Source: an uncultured Bacteroidales bacterium (GTDB taxonomy: Bacteria; Bacteroidota; Bacteroidia; Bacteroidales; Bacteroidaceae). Taken from it: a DNA stretch of 64,000 nt. The notes under the pieces are model-generated. The model had not been told where the DNA came from and did no database searches. It was given only the letters and a program-made list of their open reading frames with translations. Made by a program: the position numbers and the translations under genes. Each line of letters opens with the position of its first letter. Within the stretch, counting starts at the first letter, position 1. Shown here piece by piece: positions 51,731-61,979 of the stretch. The DNA lies in the NCBI GenBank assembly GCA_902778265.1, contig CACYXI010000010.1:985-64984 (forward strand), in the 5' to 3' direction.

Positions 51731-53086
51731 ATGACATTCAAGAAATATTTTTACGCTTTATTTTCGGTTTTACTCATAAGTGCTCCGATTGGTGCTCAGC
51801 AGAACAATGCTGATCAGATGACGAAGCGAGCGAAATTTTACGTTGCCCAGCAGAAAGACAAGATAGGAAAGACGGACAAGGTCCTGAATCTGAAAATGAC
51901 AAAAATGTATGCAACTGACAGAACTGTCAAGATTGTCTATAGCAAGGGAAACACGAATTTCACGTCTTATTTCCCTGAAATGACTGAGGGTAAATTCAAG
52001 ACCGAAGCTCAGGAGAATCGTTACGTCGCTCGTAACTACTGCATCTGGAAGGTTGCTACAGATGCTATTGCATCAGCTTCTCTTGCAAGTATCATCAGAA
52101 ACGATGTCTATACTTGGTTTGTTGATGTAGTAGGTCCAGAGGGCGGTGAACCTCTCTATACATTCGATTTCAAGACTCAGGCTGTTCGTAATGCCATAGA
52201 GTTGTGTTCTGGTAAGATGCCTACCGACTTTAGGGATTATCTCAGCAAGACGCTTGTAGAGCGTGCGTTGCAGTCTTTGTTGAAGGATGTGTATCTTCCT
52301 CACGATAGTGCTGGTTTCTGTAATGTTGAGTTGAAGAATCAGAAGCTCCACGTTGACTTGCTCACCACTCACAGAGGCTATTCTATTCTGAAGGAGAACA
52401 ACGGCGAGGGCTCTCGTACTGCTTGGCTCGGTTCATTCATGAAAATGAGTAAGTCAAAGAGATACTTCAATGACCTGCTGGATGTAATCAAGGTTCGTCA
52501 GTTGGCTGTTGAGATCAAGCTCCGCGATATTCATAACGCTAACGATAGCGCGATGTTCATGATCTATCCAAAGGAGATTATTGACTATGCTCAGAAGCCA
52601 ACCGTATCTGAAACCCAGATTGAGGGCTATATCATCGGTAAGCTCGGTGGTAAGAAGCAGGAACGAGAGAATCGCGGCTGGTTTATTGCTCATTATGGTC
52701 CTAACAGTAAGATACTTAGAGCTGCCGTTGCTCCAACGAGTAAGTCAAATCGAGTATATGAGGTTGTAGAGGAAATGCCAGCCTTCCCAGGTGGCAAGCC
52801 TGCTCTTGCAACCTATATCGCAAAGACGATTAAGTATCCTGGTCAGTGTCTTGACAATAAGATTCAAGGACGTGTTGTTTGCCGATTCACCATTACCAGA
52901 GAAGGAATTGTTAAGGATGTTGTGGTAACAAAGTCTGTAGATCCTCTTCTTGATAGAGAGGCTGTACGAGTACTTTCGCTCATGCCTAAGTGGATTCCTG
53001 CAAAGCACAGGGGTGAGCGTGTTGACGCGAAATATACACTTCCTGTAACATTCCGTCTTACGTCAAATGATTCAGAAGAGAACTAA
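51731..53086 (+). CDS. Exported protein with a C-terminal TonB domain
   Basis: VVEEMPAFPGG, IKYP, IQGRVVCRF, LDREAVRV, YTLPVTF. Confidence 0.85.
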   Translation: MTFKKYFYALFSVLLISAPIGAQQNNADQMTKRAKFYVAQQKDKIGKTDKVLNLKMTKMYATDRTVKIVYSKGNTNFTSYFPEMTEGKFKTEAQENRYVARNYCIWKVATDAIASASLASIIRNDVYTWFVDVVGPEGGEPLYTFDFKTQAVRNAIELCSGKMPTDFRDYLSKTLVERALQSLLKDVYLPHDSAGFCNVELKNQKLHVDLLTTHRGYSILKENNGEGSRTAWLGSFMKMSKSKRYFNDLLDVIKVRQLAVEIKLRDIHNANDSAMFMIYPKEIIDYAQKPTVSETQIEGYIIGKLGGKKQERENRGWFIAHYGPNSKILRAAVAPTSKSNRVYEVVEEMPAFPGGKPALATYIAKTIKYPGQCLDNKIQGRVVCRFTITREGIVKDVVVTKSVDPLLDREAVRVLSLMPKWIPAKHRGERVDAKYTLPVTFRLTSNDSEEN

Positions 53087-53284
53087 TCCGCATCGAGAAT
53101 TTTGATGACTGGGTGAAACTTTATGTTAGCACTATTTGAGGGACAGAGAAGAGTGGTTGCAAGTCAGCACCTATCTCTGATTCCCGAGTGCAAACTATTA
53201 TCCGCGGGACATCTATGACACAAGTCATTGATGTCCCGATTCATTTTGTCCGAGTGCGAAGAGGTAGAGAACGTTTCCGTAACT

Positions 53285-53458
53285 AACCAGAATTCTATGA
53301 ATTCGCACCTTTGGTGCTTGAACTGACAATAGTTGTCAATCTGCGCAATCTTTTTCCATAATTACATTTTTTATTGGGTAAAGATTGCGTAGATTGGTAA
53401 TTATTGTCAGTTAAAAGCAGCTTGCTGCCAGATAAATATAATTCATCGAATTCACGTT
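53285..53458. mobile_element. Family C element, copy 3
   Basis: GCACCTTTGGTGCTTGAACTGACAAT...GCAGCTTGCTGCCAGA...TTCATCGAATTCACGTT. Confidence 0.8.
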
Positions 53459-53718
53459 AATTAGCGTCAGTTCGGTAAAATCAAGATTAACGCTCCTCCC
53501 TTGCAAATCCCTACCAAATCCGTTGCAAATCCCATTTCTCGCCTATTCTACGGAACGGTTTAGAAGCGAATTAGAAGCGAATTAGAAGCGGAACTGAAGA
53601 AGAGGCAGGGAAAATATTGGATGCCCCACATTGACCATAGGGAAGTAATCATAGATGAGGAATAAAATATCCGCGAGATTAATGTCTCTAAATTGCAATG
53701 TCGAGATTACAAGAGAAT

Positions 53719-54038
53719 TTTTTTTAGAATTAAACGCCAAACACGTACACGGTGGTAAAAATAAGGGTATAAAGGATTGTGTGTCAGACGTTTTGTTGGC
53801 ATGTACGTGTTTGTCAAACACGTACACAAGTCGTACACACCTCGTACACATCTTTGCTCGTTTACTCGTAAAAACGGTATTTACTGCTCGTTTTGTAAAT
53901 TCAAAAGGCGTGACGACCCGTGTATGTGTTGTGTACATGTTAGACAAACACGTACACGCTCTTAACTTGTTAATTATCAGTATGATTACATGCGTTTTTG
54001 AGGGGCGTGTACGTGTTTGGCGTTTAATTCTAAAAAAA
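53719..54038. mobile_element. 320-bp non-coding element with 33-bp perfect TIRs
   Basis: TTTTTTTAGAATTAAACGCCAAACACGTACACG and its exact reverse complement; internal CGTACAC repeats. Confidence 0.85.
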
Positions 54039-54099
54039 TCACTATGGCAACCAGAAAATTGAAATTTATAACGCAAAGACGCGGAGACGCTGAGTTTTT

Positions 54100-54321
54100 T
54101 TAGAACACCGAATACACAAATGTGTCATAGTCGAATTCAAAAGTAGAAAGAAAAGGTTTTGCCATGCGTCCCTTTCTTTCCGAAATAGTTTTTGCCCATG
54201 ACTCTGCCTGTTCGCGCAATTTTGTAAGGTAGAAACCTTGTCCGAAATCCACCATTTTTCTGCCGACCTTCACCAAAGGTGATGAAACAGCAATATATGA
54301 ACCATGATATAATGTTATCAT
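54100..54321 (-). pseudogene. Truncated DUF3990-like (ADP-ribosyltransferase-like) protein
   Basis: MITLYHGS...DFGQGFYLT...QAESWA; stops after ~73 aa. Confidence 0.75.
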
Positions 54322-54551
54322 GCCTCTGCCTCCCAATTCAAAAGAGTTTCACATATATCATCAGCAACCCAGTCAAGGCTTTGGGTATGCAAATCCTCGT
54401 ATCGTTTTATCAACCTGCGATGAACAAGGTCTTGCTTCTGCAACCTATCATGCATTTCCTTACCCGAAACACCAAGTTTTCGGGCGCCACTCTCAATTGC
54501 CATTACTGCAAAATGAATACGTCTATATGTTTCATTATCTGAGTAATTCAT
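54318..54551 (-). CDS. DUF3791-like small protein
   Basis: IESGARKLG...YEDLHTQSLDWVADDI; ATGA overlap with the DUF3990-like gene. Confidence 0.8.
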   Translation of the reverse strand: MNYSDNETYRRIHFAVMAIESGARKLGVSGKEMHDRLQKQDLVHRRLIKRYEDLHTQSLDWVADDICETLLNWEAEA

Positions 54552-54852
54552 ATATTTATAAGGTTGCTATATTAATAGAAAAGTATAAGCATTTGACAAT
54601 ATCAGTTCATCAATCTGGCATCATTGTCATAATGCGTTTATTTATACATTTGCAAAAGTACGAAATAAATTCCGAACATACAAATTTTTATGCATGATTT
54701 GCTTAGGCAAAGCACACATACACAAAAAATAGTAATATTGTAAACGTTTGCAAATCATAATCAAGCATTAGGAATGTGGATTTAGGACAATAGAAAGATT
54801 TTTGTGTATATTTGCAGACGAATTGCAAGAAAACAATAAAAATAATACCACA

Positions 54853-57258
54853 ATGAATTACTTCTATAGTACAGCATTCACGGAATGCATTCACCGACAC
54901 GAAATACAGGCTCTGCCAAAGAGCTTTCCTGATAATACCCTCATCATAAAGGTGCAGGCTCCACAGCTTCGCCCTAACCAGTTTCTCGCTCTTAGCGGTA
55001 GTGTGCCAGAACTTGGCAACTGGCAAGAGCGTGAAGCCCTAAGATGCCTATATACAGGCGATAATGAGTGGAGCGCCGTTATTGATGCTACCAACCTCAT
55101 GGGCAGGACTATCGAGATGAAATATCTCGTGATAGATGATGATGAGAGTGTGCCTGTGATTTGGGAGGCAAGGATGAACCGCGTGTTGCACATTCCATGC
55201 AGAGAAAGTAAAGAATGGAGTGGGAAGGGTAGGGGAGAGACCATCAGCTTAGAAATGGCACATTTCCCTATCCCTGCCGATCGCATAGCGGGTACTGCTA
55301 TTCCTGTGTTCTCGCTCCGTTCAGAAGGTAGTTTCGGAGTTGGTGACTTCGGCGACCTGAAAAAAATGGTTGATTGGGTCTCGCTCACAGGACAACGAAT
55401 CCTTCAGGTGCTTCCTATCAATGACACAACCATCACCCGAACATGGAGCGATTCTTATCCTTATTCCTCAATAAGTATTTTCGCCCTTCATCCGCAATAT
55501 GTTGATCTCCGACAACTTCCTGCACTAAAGGACGAGAAGAGAGCTGCTGAGTTTGAAACGCTCAGAAAGGAACTGAATGCCCTTCCACAGATAGACTATG
55601 AGCGAGTGAATAATGCCAAGAACGAGTATCTGCATCTGATTTTTGAGCAGGAAGGTAAGGCTACACTCGCATCAGAGGAATACAAGCAATGGTTCAAGGA
55701 AGAAGAGCAATGGCTCGTGCCATATGCGCAATACAGCGTGCTACGCGACACCTACGGCACGGCAAACTATTCGGAATGGCCTGACCATAACGTATGGAAT
55801 GAGGATGACCGTAAGGCACTTACCAATCCTCGTAGCAAGGCATACAAGGAGGCATCCTTTTATTATTATATCCAGTTCGTCCTTGCCCAACAGATGATTT
55901 CTGCTCATAAATATGCGCAGGCTCATAAGGTGGCATTGAAGGGTGACATTCCTATCGGCGTGAACCGTTATGGTTGTGATGCCTGGATGGAACCACGCTA
56001 TTTCAATCTCAACGGACAGACGGGAGCACCGCCAGATAGTTTCTCAGTAAACGGTCAGAATTGGGGATTCCCTACCTATAACTGGGACGAGATGCTGAAG
56101 GACGACTGTCAATGGTGGATTCGCCGATTCTCTAACATGGCAAAGTATTTCGATGCCTACCGCATTGACCATGTGCTCGGTTTCTTCCGTATCTGGGAGA
56201 TTCCTATCCATAGCGTTCACGGACTTCTCGGACAGTTCCAGCCATCGCTCGGCATGACTCGCGATGAGGTTGAGCAATACGGACTTAAATGGCAAGAGGA
56301 CTTTTTCCTCAACCCATTCATAACCGACTGGGTACTGGAACGCTTGTTCGGTGACAAGGCAGAATATGTAAAGAACACTTTCCTTGAGCCTTGGCACGAT
56401 GATACATATCGTTTCCGCGAGGGATTCAAGACACAAAGGGAGGTGGAGGCATATTTTGCTTCAAAAGGGGAACTCACTGAAGAGGATGTAACGATTCGTG
56501 ACACCCTTTATTCTCTCCAAAGCAACGTTCTCTTCCTTGTAGATCACAAGAATCCAGAACTCGTCCATCCACGTATCTCTGCACAATTAGATACATGCTA
56601 CGAAACACTTTGGGAGCACGACAAAAACAATTTCAATCGTCTATACAACGATTATTTCTATCGCAGAAACAATCAGTTCTGGTACGAAGAGGCGATGAAG
56701 AAACTTCCACGACTGGTAGAGGCGACAAAGATGCTGGTGTGTGCCGAGGATCTTGGTATGGTGCCCGACTGCGTGCCTTGGGTTATAAATCAGCTCAACA
56801 TCCTGTCGCTCGAAATACAATCGATGCCGAAGGATCCGCAGGTAGCGTTCGGAGTGCTTGACCGTAATCCGTTTATGTCAGTATGTACTATCTCCAGTCA
56901 CGACACAGCCACATTACGTATGTGGTGGGATGAGGACGAGGAGCGTACGCAGAACTATTGGCAATGGGTACTGGGACGTGAAGGCGATGCGCCTCATCCT
57001 CTATCTCCCGAGATTGCTACGGAGATTGTGAACAATCACCTTGCCTGCCCGTCAATGCTCTGCATACTTACGCTACAGGATTGGCTTGCAACCGACGGCA
57101 ATCTTCGCCTTGCCGATGCTAATGCCGAGCGTATCAATATCCCGGCTAATCCAAGGCACTACTGGCGCTATCGTATGCACCTCACCCTTGAACAGCTCAT
57201 TCAAGAAACTGAGTTTAATGAGAAGATAAGGAGCATGATTGCAGCTGCGAGAAAGTAG
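54853..57258 (+). CDS. malQ: 4-alpha-glucanotransferase (GH77, DPE2-like, with CBM20)
   Basis: GSVPELGNW CBM20, PVFSLRS, LKGDIPIGV, YRIDHVLGFFRIW, CAEDLG; TAG stop. Confidence 0.95.
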   Translation: MNYFYSTAFTECIHRHEIQALPKSFPDNTLIIKVQAPQLRPNQFLALSGSVPELGNWQEREALRCLYTGDNEWSAVIDATNLMGRTIEMKYLVIDDDESVPVIWEARMNRVLHIPCRESKEWSGKGRGETISLEMAHFPIPADRIAGTAIPVFSLRSEGSFGVGDFGDLKKMVDWVSLTGQRILQVLPINDTTITRTWSDSYPYSSISIFALHPQYVDLRQLPALKDEKRAAEFETLRKELNALPQIDYERVNNAKNEYLHLIFEQEGKATLASEEYKQWFKEEEQWLVPYAQYSVLRDTYGTANYSEWPDHNVWNEDDRKALTNPRSKAYKEASFYYYIQFVLAQQMISAHKYAQAHKVALKGDIPIGVNRYGCDAWMEPRYFNLNGQTGAPPDSFSVNGQNWGFPTYNWDEMLKDDCQWWIRRFSNMAKYFDAYRIDHVLGFFRIWEIPIHSVHGLLGQFQPSLGMTRDEVEQYGLKWQEDFFLNPFITDWVLERLFGDKAEYVKNTFLEPWHDDTYRFREGFKTQREVEAYFASKGELTEEDVTIRDTLYSLQSNVLFLVDHKNPELVHPRISAQLDTCYETLWEHDKNNFNRLYNDYFYRRNNQFWYEEAMKKLPRLVEATKMLVCAEDLGMVPDCVPWVINQLNILSLEIQSMPKDPQVAFGVLDRNPFMSVCTISSHDTATLRMWWDEDEERTQNYWQWVLGREGDAPHPLSPEIATEIVNNHLACPSMLCILTLQDWLATDGNLRLADANAERINIPANPRHYWRYRMHLTLEQLIQETEFNEKIRSMIAAARK

Positions 57259-57650
57259 AAAAACGATTTTTGATGTGATTAATCCGCTATATCCGTTTCG
57301 ATAAAGGAAAATAGAAACGGATGTAGCGGATTAATTGTTGGAAGAACAGACAAGTGAGTGTTACATACCGAAGTAACAGTCTAAAATAGGGGAAAGAATG
57401 TTCGAAATCTGTAAAAACGCAACATTTAACGATTCTAAAATAATACAAAATATTGTTTTCTTGTACCATTTGTCGGATTTGGTGTAAAATAACAACAAAA
57501 AAATTTTTGAGTACAAAAACTTCTTTGTAATTTTGCAATCGGAAATAGAGATTTAGACTTTCTAATAAAGTTTAAATAATTATAAAAGATGTGTTGAAAA
57601 AAGGCTTTCGAGCCCTTGGATGAGACTGTAACTCAATTGCAATTTATATT

Positions 57651-57720
57651 CGCACGAAGCAAAGAAAAAAAGTGCTTGTCAGACTTTCAAGACCGACGCA
57701 CGCCTAATTTTGCAAATGCA
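57651..57720. promoter_or_regulatory. Copy 3 of the structured motif, in reverse orientation relative to the downstream gene
   Basis: CGCACGAA...AAAAAGTGC-TTGTCAGA...CCGAC-GCACG. Confidence 0.5.
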
Positions 57721-57749
57721 ACTATTAAAACTTAAAAAACTATTACATT

Positions 57750-58520
57750 ATGAAAAGAGGTATTGACTTTACATCCGTATTGGCTACTATCGTTGTGGTC
57801 TGCTCAATGTTTGGCCTGGTTTCTTGTAGTGAGGAGGAGGAAATCACTACACAGGACATTGCGCTGATGAGAGGCATCGTTGGTAAATGGAAGACGTATT
57901 CCATTAACGGTGAGCCTGGTATCACGAACAAGAAGCGAGTCATCACATATAATAATGATGGAACAGTATCTTCAACCACTTTCGCTAATGAGAAGTGGGA
58001 GAGCTCAAGTTCAAACAAATACTACCTCAACGGCAGTTCTTATATAGAGGTGAACAGTTCGTATGCCATTAAGGGCGTTATCGCTTCTATCAGCGATGAG
58101 GAGTTGACATATTCCAATCTGTTCTCAAACGAAGGCTACCAGTGCCAGAACATGGTTTCTCACAAGATCAAAGCCGATTATTCCAAGGCTATCTTAGGTC
58201 TTTGGGAAGGTGTTGAGATGACAGGCGAATCTACCCACGGCACTTCCGACCACCGTTGGGAGTATAGGGCAGATGGTTCATACACCTACTACACCAAGGA
58301 CGCAGAGGGCAACTGGGTTGCCGATGCAAGCAATTCAGGCAACGAATACTACGTTGATGGTGACTTCCTTGGCACTCGCTGGATCAGCAATAACAAGGAG
58401 TACCGCGAATGGTGGGATATAGAGACATGCAACGACACCGAAATGGTGTGGTCAGCTCTTCGAAAAGGCTCTAACGGCAAGGTGTTCAGCACCAAGATGA
58501 AGATGGTTAGGGTTAAGTAG
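57750..58520 (+). CDS. Lipocalin-like domain lipoprotein (two repeats)
   Basis: Lipobox LVSC, IVGKWK and ILGLWE lipocalin-type starts; TAG stop. Confidence 0.7.
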   Translation: MKRGIDFTSVLATIVVVCSMFGLVSCSEEEEITTQDIALMRGIVGKWKTYSINGEPGITNKKRVITYNNDGTVSSTTFANEKWESSSSNKYYLNGSSYIEVNSSYAIKGVIASISDEELTYSNLFSNEGYQCQNMVSHKIKADYSKAILGLWEGVEMTGESTHGTSDHRWEYRADGSYTYYTKDAEGNWVADASNSGNEYYVDGDFLGTRWISNNKEYREWWDIETCNDTEMVWSALRKGSNGKVFSTKMKMVRVK

Positions 58521-58529
58521 AAAGCATTT

Positions 58530-58670
58530 ATAGGATAGAGTAAAGGGGAAAAGGATAATGTGGTAAGAGTAAAAGGGAAGGGATAATGTGGAAAGAGTAA
58601 AGAATAAAGAGTAAAGTAAAGAGAAGAGTAAAGAGAAGATAAAGTAAAGATAATAGATAAGATACATGGA
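58530..58670. repeat. Purine-rich AGAGTAA-type heptamer array
   Basis: Repeated agagtaa / agaataa / agataa units. Confidence 0.7.
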
Positions 58671-58794
58671 GTATAGAATAAAAGGTTAAGCCTTCAGACG
58701 AAAAGGCATGATAATGAAGACGGGGAAACAATATTCGGCTCTCAGGGCGCTTCGGCGCTCTGAGAGCTTCTTTTTCGGATGATTTCTCGCTTCC

Positions 58795-59670
58795 TCAATA
58801 ATCCTCATAATCTGCCCCATTTTCACTACAGAAAGAAAGGTGGCCGATACTTACATCATTATATTTGGCACCTGGATAGACCTTGAGAATCTTAAAAGTC
58901 AGCTCAACAGGCTCTCCATTTGTCTTTGGCGAAATAGAATAGACATCAAGATATTGATCTTCTGGAATATCCTTCAGATCAAATGTCTTATACAGTTTCC
59001 CGTCAACCATCAACTGCATTTTGGCTACACGACCATGATTTTTCCATTGCTTCTCCGTATGACAATAGCCATTAGCAATAGTAATGCCGTCTATCGCACG
59101 TTTGCCTAATTTGAAAGTACAAGTCACGCTCGCCCCTTCTGCTTTGCCTACGGCCGAACACCACGGCTTATACAAACCTCCAGCTATCAAATCCTTTACA
59201 TTATACTTAGATTTTTCATTGTAAGATACAGATGAAGCATAAACAGAATCAGGCCAAAGACCATACCACACCCTATCACCCGTACCATCGAAATCGCCAT
59301 CAACAGGAACGATAGCAACAGAATCCCCTCGGAGTTCAGCCCAACCTTCCAAGCCCCAGAACTCATTTCCAAAATAAGCTCTTACCAATGCACGAGCAAG
59401 AACAGGCAATTTCTTTCGATCTATTTCGTCATCGACAATGAGCTTCCACATCTTTATTTCCTCTTCCGTAGGGAACTTACGCGAACAGAGGTCAGGAAGC
59501 AAGGTTTTCAGCAGCTCGTTCTCTTCCTTCACCATAGCCAGAGAATCCTTTGGAGTCACAGTAGCAACGGAAGAAACAGAATCCGCAGAAACCTCATCGG
59601 CATTCCCCGATTTCTGAGAATCGCAAGCAATAAGAGCCAGCGACAAAAATATTGGCATTAACCGTCTCAT
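58795..59670 (-). CDS. Lipoprotein with a C-terminal NADase-type glycan-binding/discoidin-like domain
   Basis: Lipobox LIAC; PWCS, IANGY...WKNHGR, ILKVYPGAKYNDVSI. Confidence 0.65.
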   Translation of the reverse strand: MRRLMPIFLSLALIACDSQKSGNADEVSADSVSSVATVTPKDSLAMVKEENELLKTLLPDLCSRKFPTEEEIKMWKLIVDDEIDRKKLPVLARALVRAYFGNEFWGLEGWAELRGDSVAIVPVDGDFDGTGDRVWYGLWPDSVYASSVSYNEKSKYNVKDLIAGGLYKPWCSAVGKAEGASVTCTFKLGKRAIDGITIANGYCHTEKQWKNHGRVAKMQLMVDGKLYKTFDLKDIPEDQYLDVYSISPKTNGEPVELTFKILKVYPGAKYNDVSIGHLSFCSENGADYEDY

Positions 59671-59875
59671 ACTTTAATATTGTTCACACTTCATTTTACG
59701 AGTGCAAAGATACTACTTTTTTCTAAAAACATACAATCTCATACAACATTTTTGCTATTTAACACTTGACAAGCCACACTATCATAAACTATTCTTCCTT
59801 ACAATAAAGGCGCAAAGACACAAGGGAACAATCCTTTGCATCTTTGCGCCTTTGCGTTAGATAACGATGTTGCTA

Positions 59876-61339
59876 TTATTTCTTCTTAACTGGCTCGCAA
59901 GAAATGCCGATACCGAGTTTCTTGAAGATCTTACGGTCAACCTCTGAGAGCATTACGGTAGAGTGAACCTGACATCCGCGGAGGTTAGGGAGCTGTTCGA
60001 GAGCCTTCTTGCAGTTCTCGTCAGTATCGCTGAGAACGCTGAGAGCAACGAGCACCTCGTCAGTATGAAGTCGTGGGTTCTTGCCACCGAGATATTCAAT
60101 CTTCGTCTTCTGAATAGGCTCAATCATGCTCTGCGGAATAAGCTTCACATCATGGTCAATACCTGCAAGATGCTTTGTGGCATTGAGGATGAGGGCAGCA
60201 GAACAACCAAGAAGTTCTGATGAATTTGAACAGATGATAGTACCGTCGCTTAGTTCGATAGCCGAAGAAGCACAACCACGCTCTTTCTGACGCTCCTTTG
60301 CAGCTACTGTACAACGGCGTGTGTCGGTTGTTATCTTTGCCTGATTGAAGAGAAGGAGAATCTTATTGATCTCACCCTGATTACTTGCACCTTCCACCTG
60401 CTTGTTGGTTGCCTCGTAGTAACGGCGGACAATCTCTTCCTTTGAAGCCTGACAACAAACCTCATCGTCACAGATGCAGTAGCCAACCATATTCACGCCC
60501 ATATCCGTAGGACTCTTGTATGGATTCTCGCCATAGATTCCCTCGAAGAGAGCGTTGAGAACAGGATAGATCTCTATGTCACGGTTATAGTTGATAGCCA
60601 CCTTACCGTAAGCATCGAAGTGGAATGGGTCAATCATATTCACATCGTTGAGGTCGGCAGTAGCAGCCTCGTAGGCGATGTTCACAGGGTGCTTGAGTGG
60701 GAGATTCCATACAGGGAATGTCTCGAACTTTGCATATCCGGCACGAACGCCACGCTTGTTCTCATTATATAATTGTGAGAGACAAACAGCCATCTTACCA
60801 GAACCAGGACCTGGAGCAGTCACGATTACAAGTTCGCGTGAGGTCTCCACATAGTCGTTCTTTCCGAAGCCCTCGTCAGAAGCGATGAGAGCCACATTGT
60901 GTGGATAGCCGTCGATGAGATAGTGGAAATACGACTTGATGCCCATATTGGCAAGTCGCTCGCTGTAAGCCTTGGCTGATGGCTGACCGTTATAGTGAGT
61001 GATTACGACAGATCCGACGAAGAAACCACGCTCCATGAACTCGCCACGAAGACGAAGCACATCCTCATCGTATGTGATACCGAGGTCAGCACGCACCTTG
61101 TTGCGCTCAATATCCTCAGCGCTGATGACAATGACAATCTCGATGCTGTCAGCCAACTGCGAGAACATACGCAACTTGGAATCTGGCTGGAAACCAGGCA
61201 ACACACGACTTGCGTGGTGGTCGTCAAATAGCTTACCGCCAAGTTCGAGGTAGAGCTTGCCATCAAACTGAGCTATGCGCTCACGAATGTGCTGCGACTG
61301 AATGGCACAATACTTGTCGTTATCAAATCCTATTCTCAT
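59876..61339 (-). CDS. DUF1846 (UPF0371) family protein
   Basis: KLYLELGGKLFDDHHASRVLPGF, TAPGPGSGK, YAKFETFP. Confidence 0.92.
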   Translation of the reverse strand: MRIGFDNDKYCAIQSQHIRERIAQFDGKLYLELGGKLFDDHHASRVLPGFQPDSKLRMFSQLADSIEIVIVISAEDIERNKVRADLGITYDEDVLRLRGEFMERGFFVGSVVITHYNGQPSAKAYSERLANMGIKSYFHYLIDGYPHNVALIASDEGFGKNDYVETSRELVIVTAPGPGSGKMAVCLSQLYNENKRGVRAGYAKFETFPVWNLPLKHPVNIAYEAATADLNDVNMIDPFHFDAYGKVAINYNRDIEIYPVLNALFEGIYGENPYKSPTDMGVNMVGYCICDDEVCCQASKEEIVRRYYEATNKQVEGASNQGEINKILLLFNQAKITTDTRRCTVAAKERQKERGCASSAIELSDGTIICSNSSELLGCSAALILNATKHLAGIDHDVKLIPQSMIEPIQKTKIEYLGGKNPRLHTDEVLVALSVLSDTDENCKKALEQLPNLRGCQVHSTVMLSEVDRKIFKKLGIGISCEPVKKK

Positions 61340-61979
61340 CTTTTTCTTTAATTGTTAATTGTTCAACTTTCGCAAAGCTTTAGTTGTAGGTTTTTAGGTT
61401 ATGAGGTCAGCATCGCCAATAAGCATTCCGACCTAAAAACCTTATAACCTCATAACCTCACAACCCATTAAGTTGAGCTTGCGAAACTTCAGCTATTTTA
61501 CAAAATATTCTGCAAAAATAATATTTTTCCTCGAAATATCGCTCTTTTTGTAGCAGAAATTTCATTAAAATCCATGCAACAATGTTGAAATGTCAACTTT
61601 TTTGCATATTTTCCTTACTTTATGTTCTGTTTTTATTGAATATTTATGTCATGTTTTGGGGTATTCACTAATGGGCATAGCCTACAAAAACAGACGTAAC
61701 ACACTCGTTATCCCTTCGTTCTTCCTTCGTTCTTCCTCCGCTCTTCCTCCGTACCAAAGTCGGTGCAAAGTCGGTGGAGGAGCGAAGGATCATCGAGTTT
61801 GGTGCGGAGGAACAACGGACTTACATAGAAGGTATTTGGGAAAAGCATACAGGCAGATCATTCCTGTAGAAAAAGCATTTCCATTATTTTTAGGAATATT
61901 TTTGTCTCTACAAGGCGGTATTCTCATTTTTTTTTCGTATCTTTGCAAGCAATAATTAAAACAATAAATAGCAACATTA

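Noticed and set aside
53582-54076. Overlapping ORFs of 164, 135 and 62 aa
   Set aside because: They coincide with a palindromic repeat element and translate to repetitive CTC/HVH patterns.
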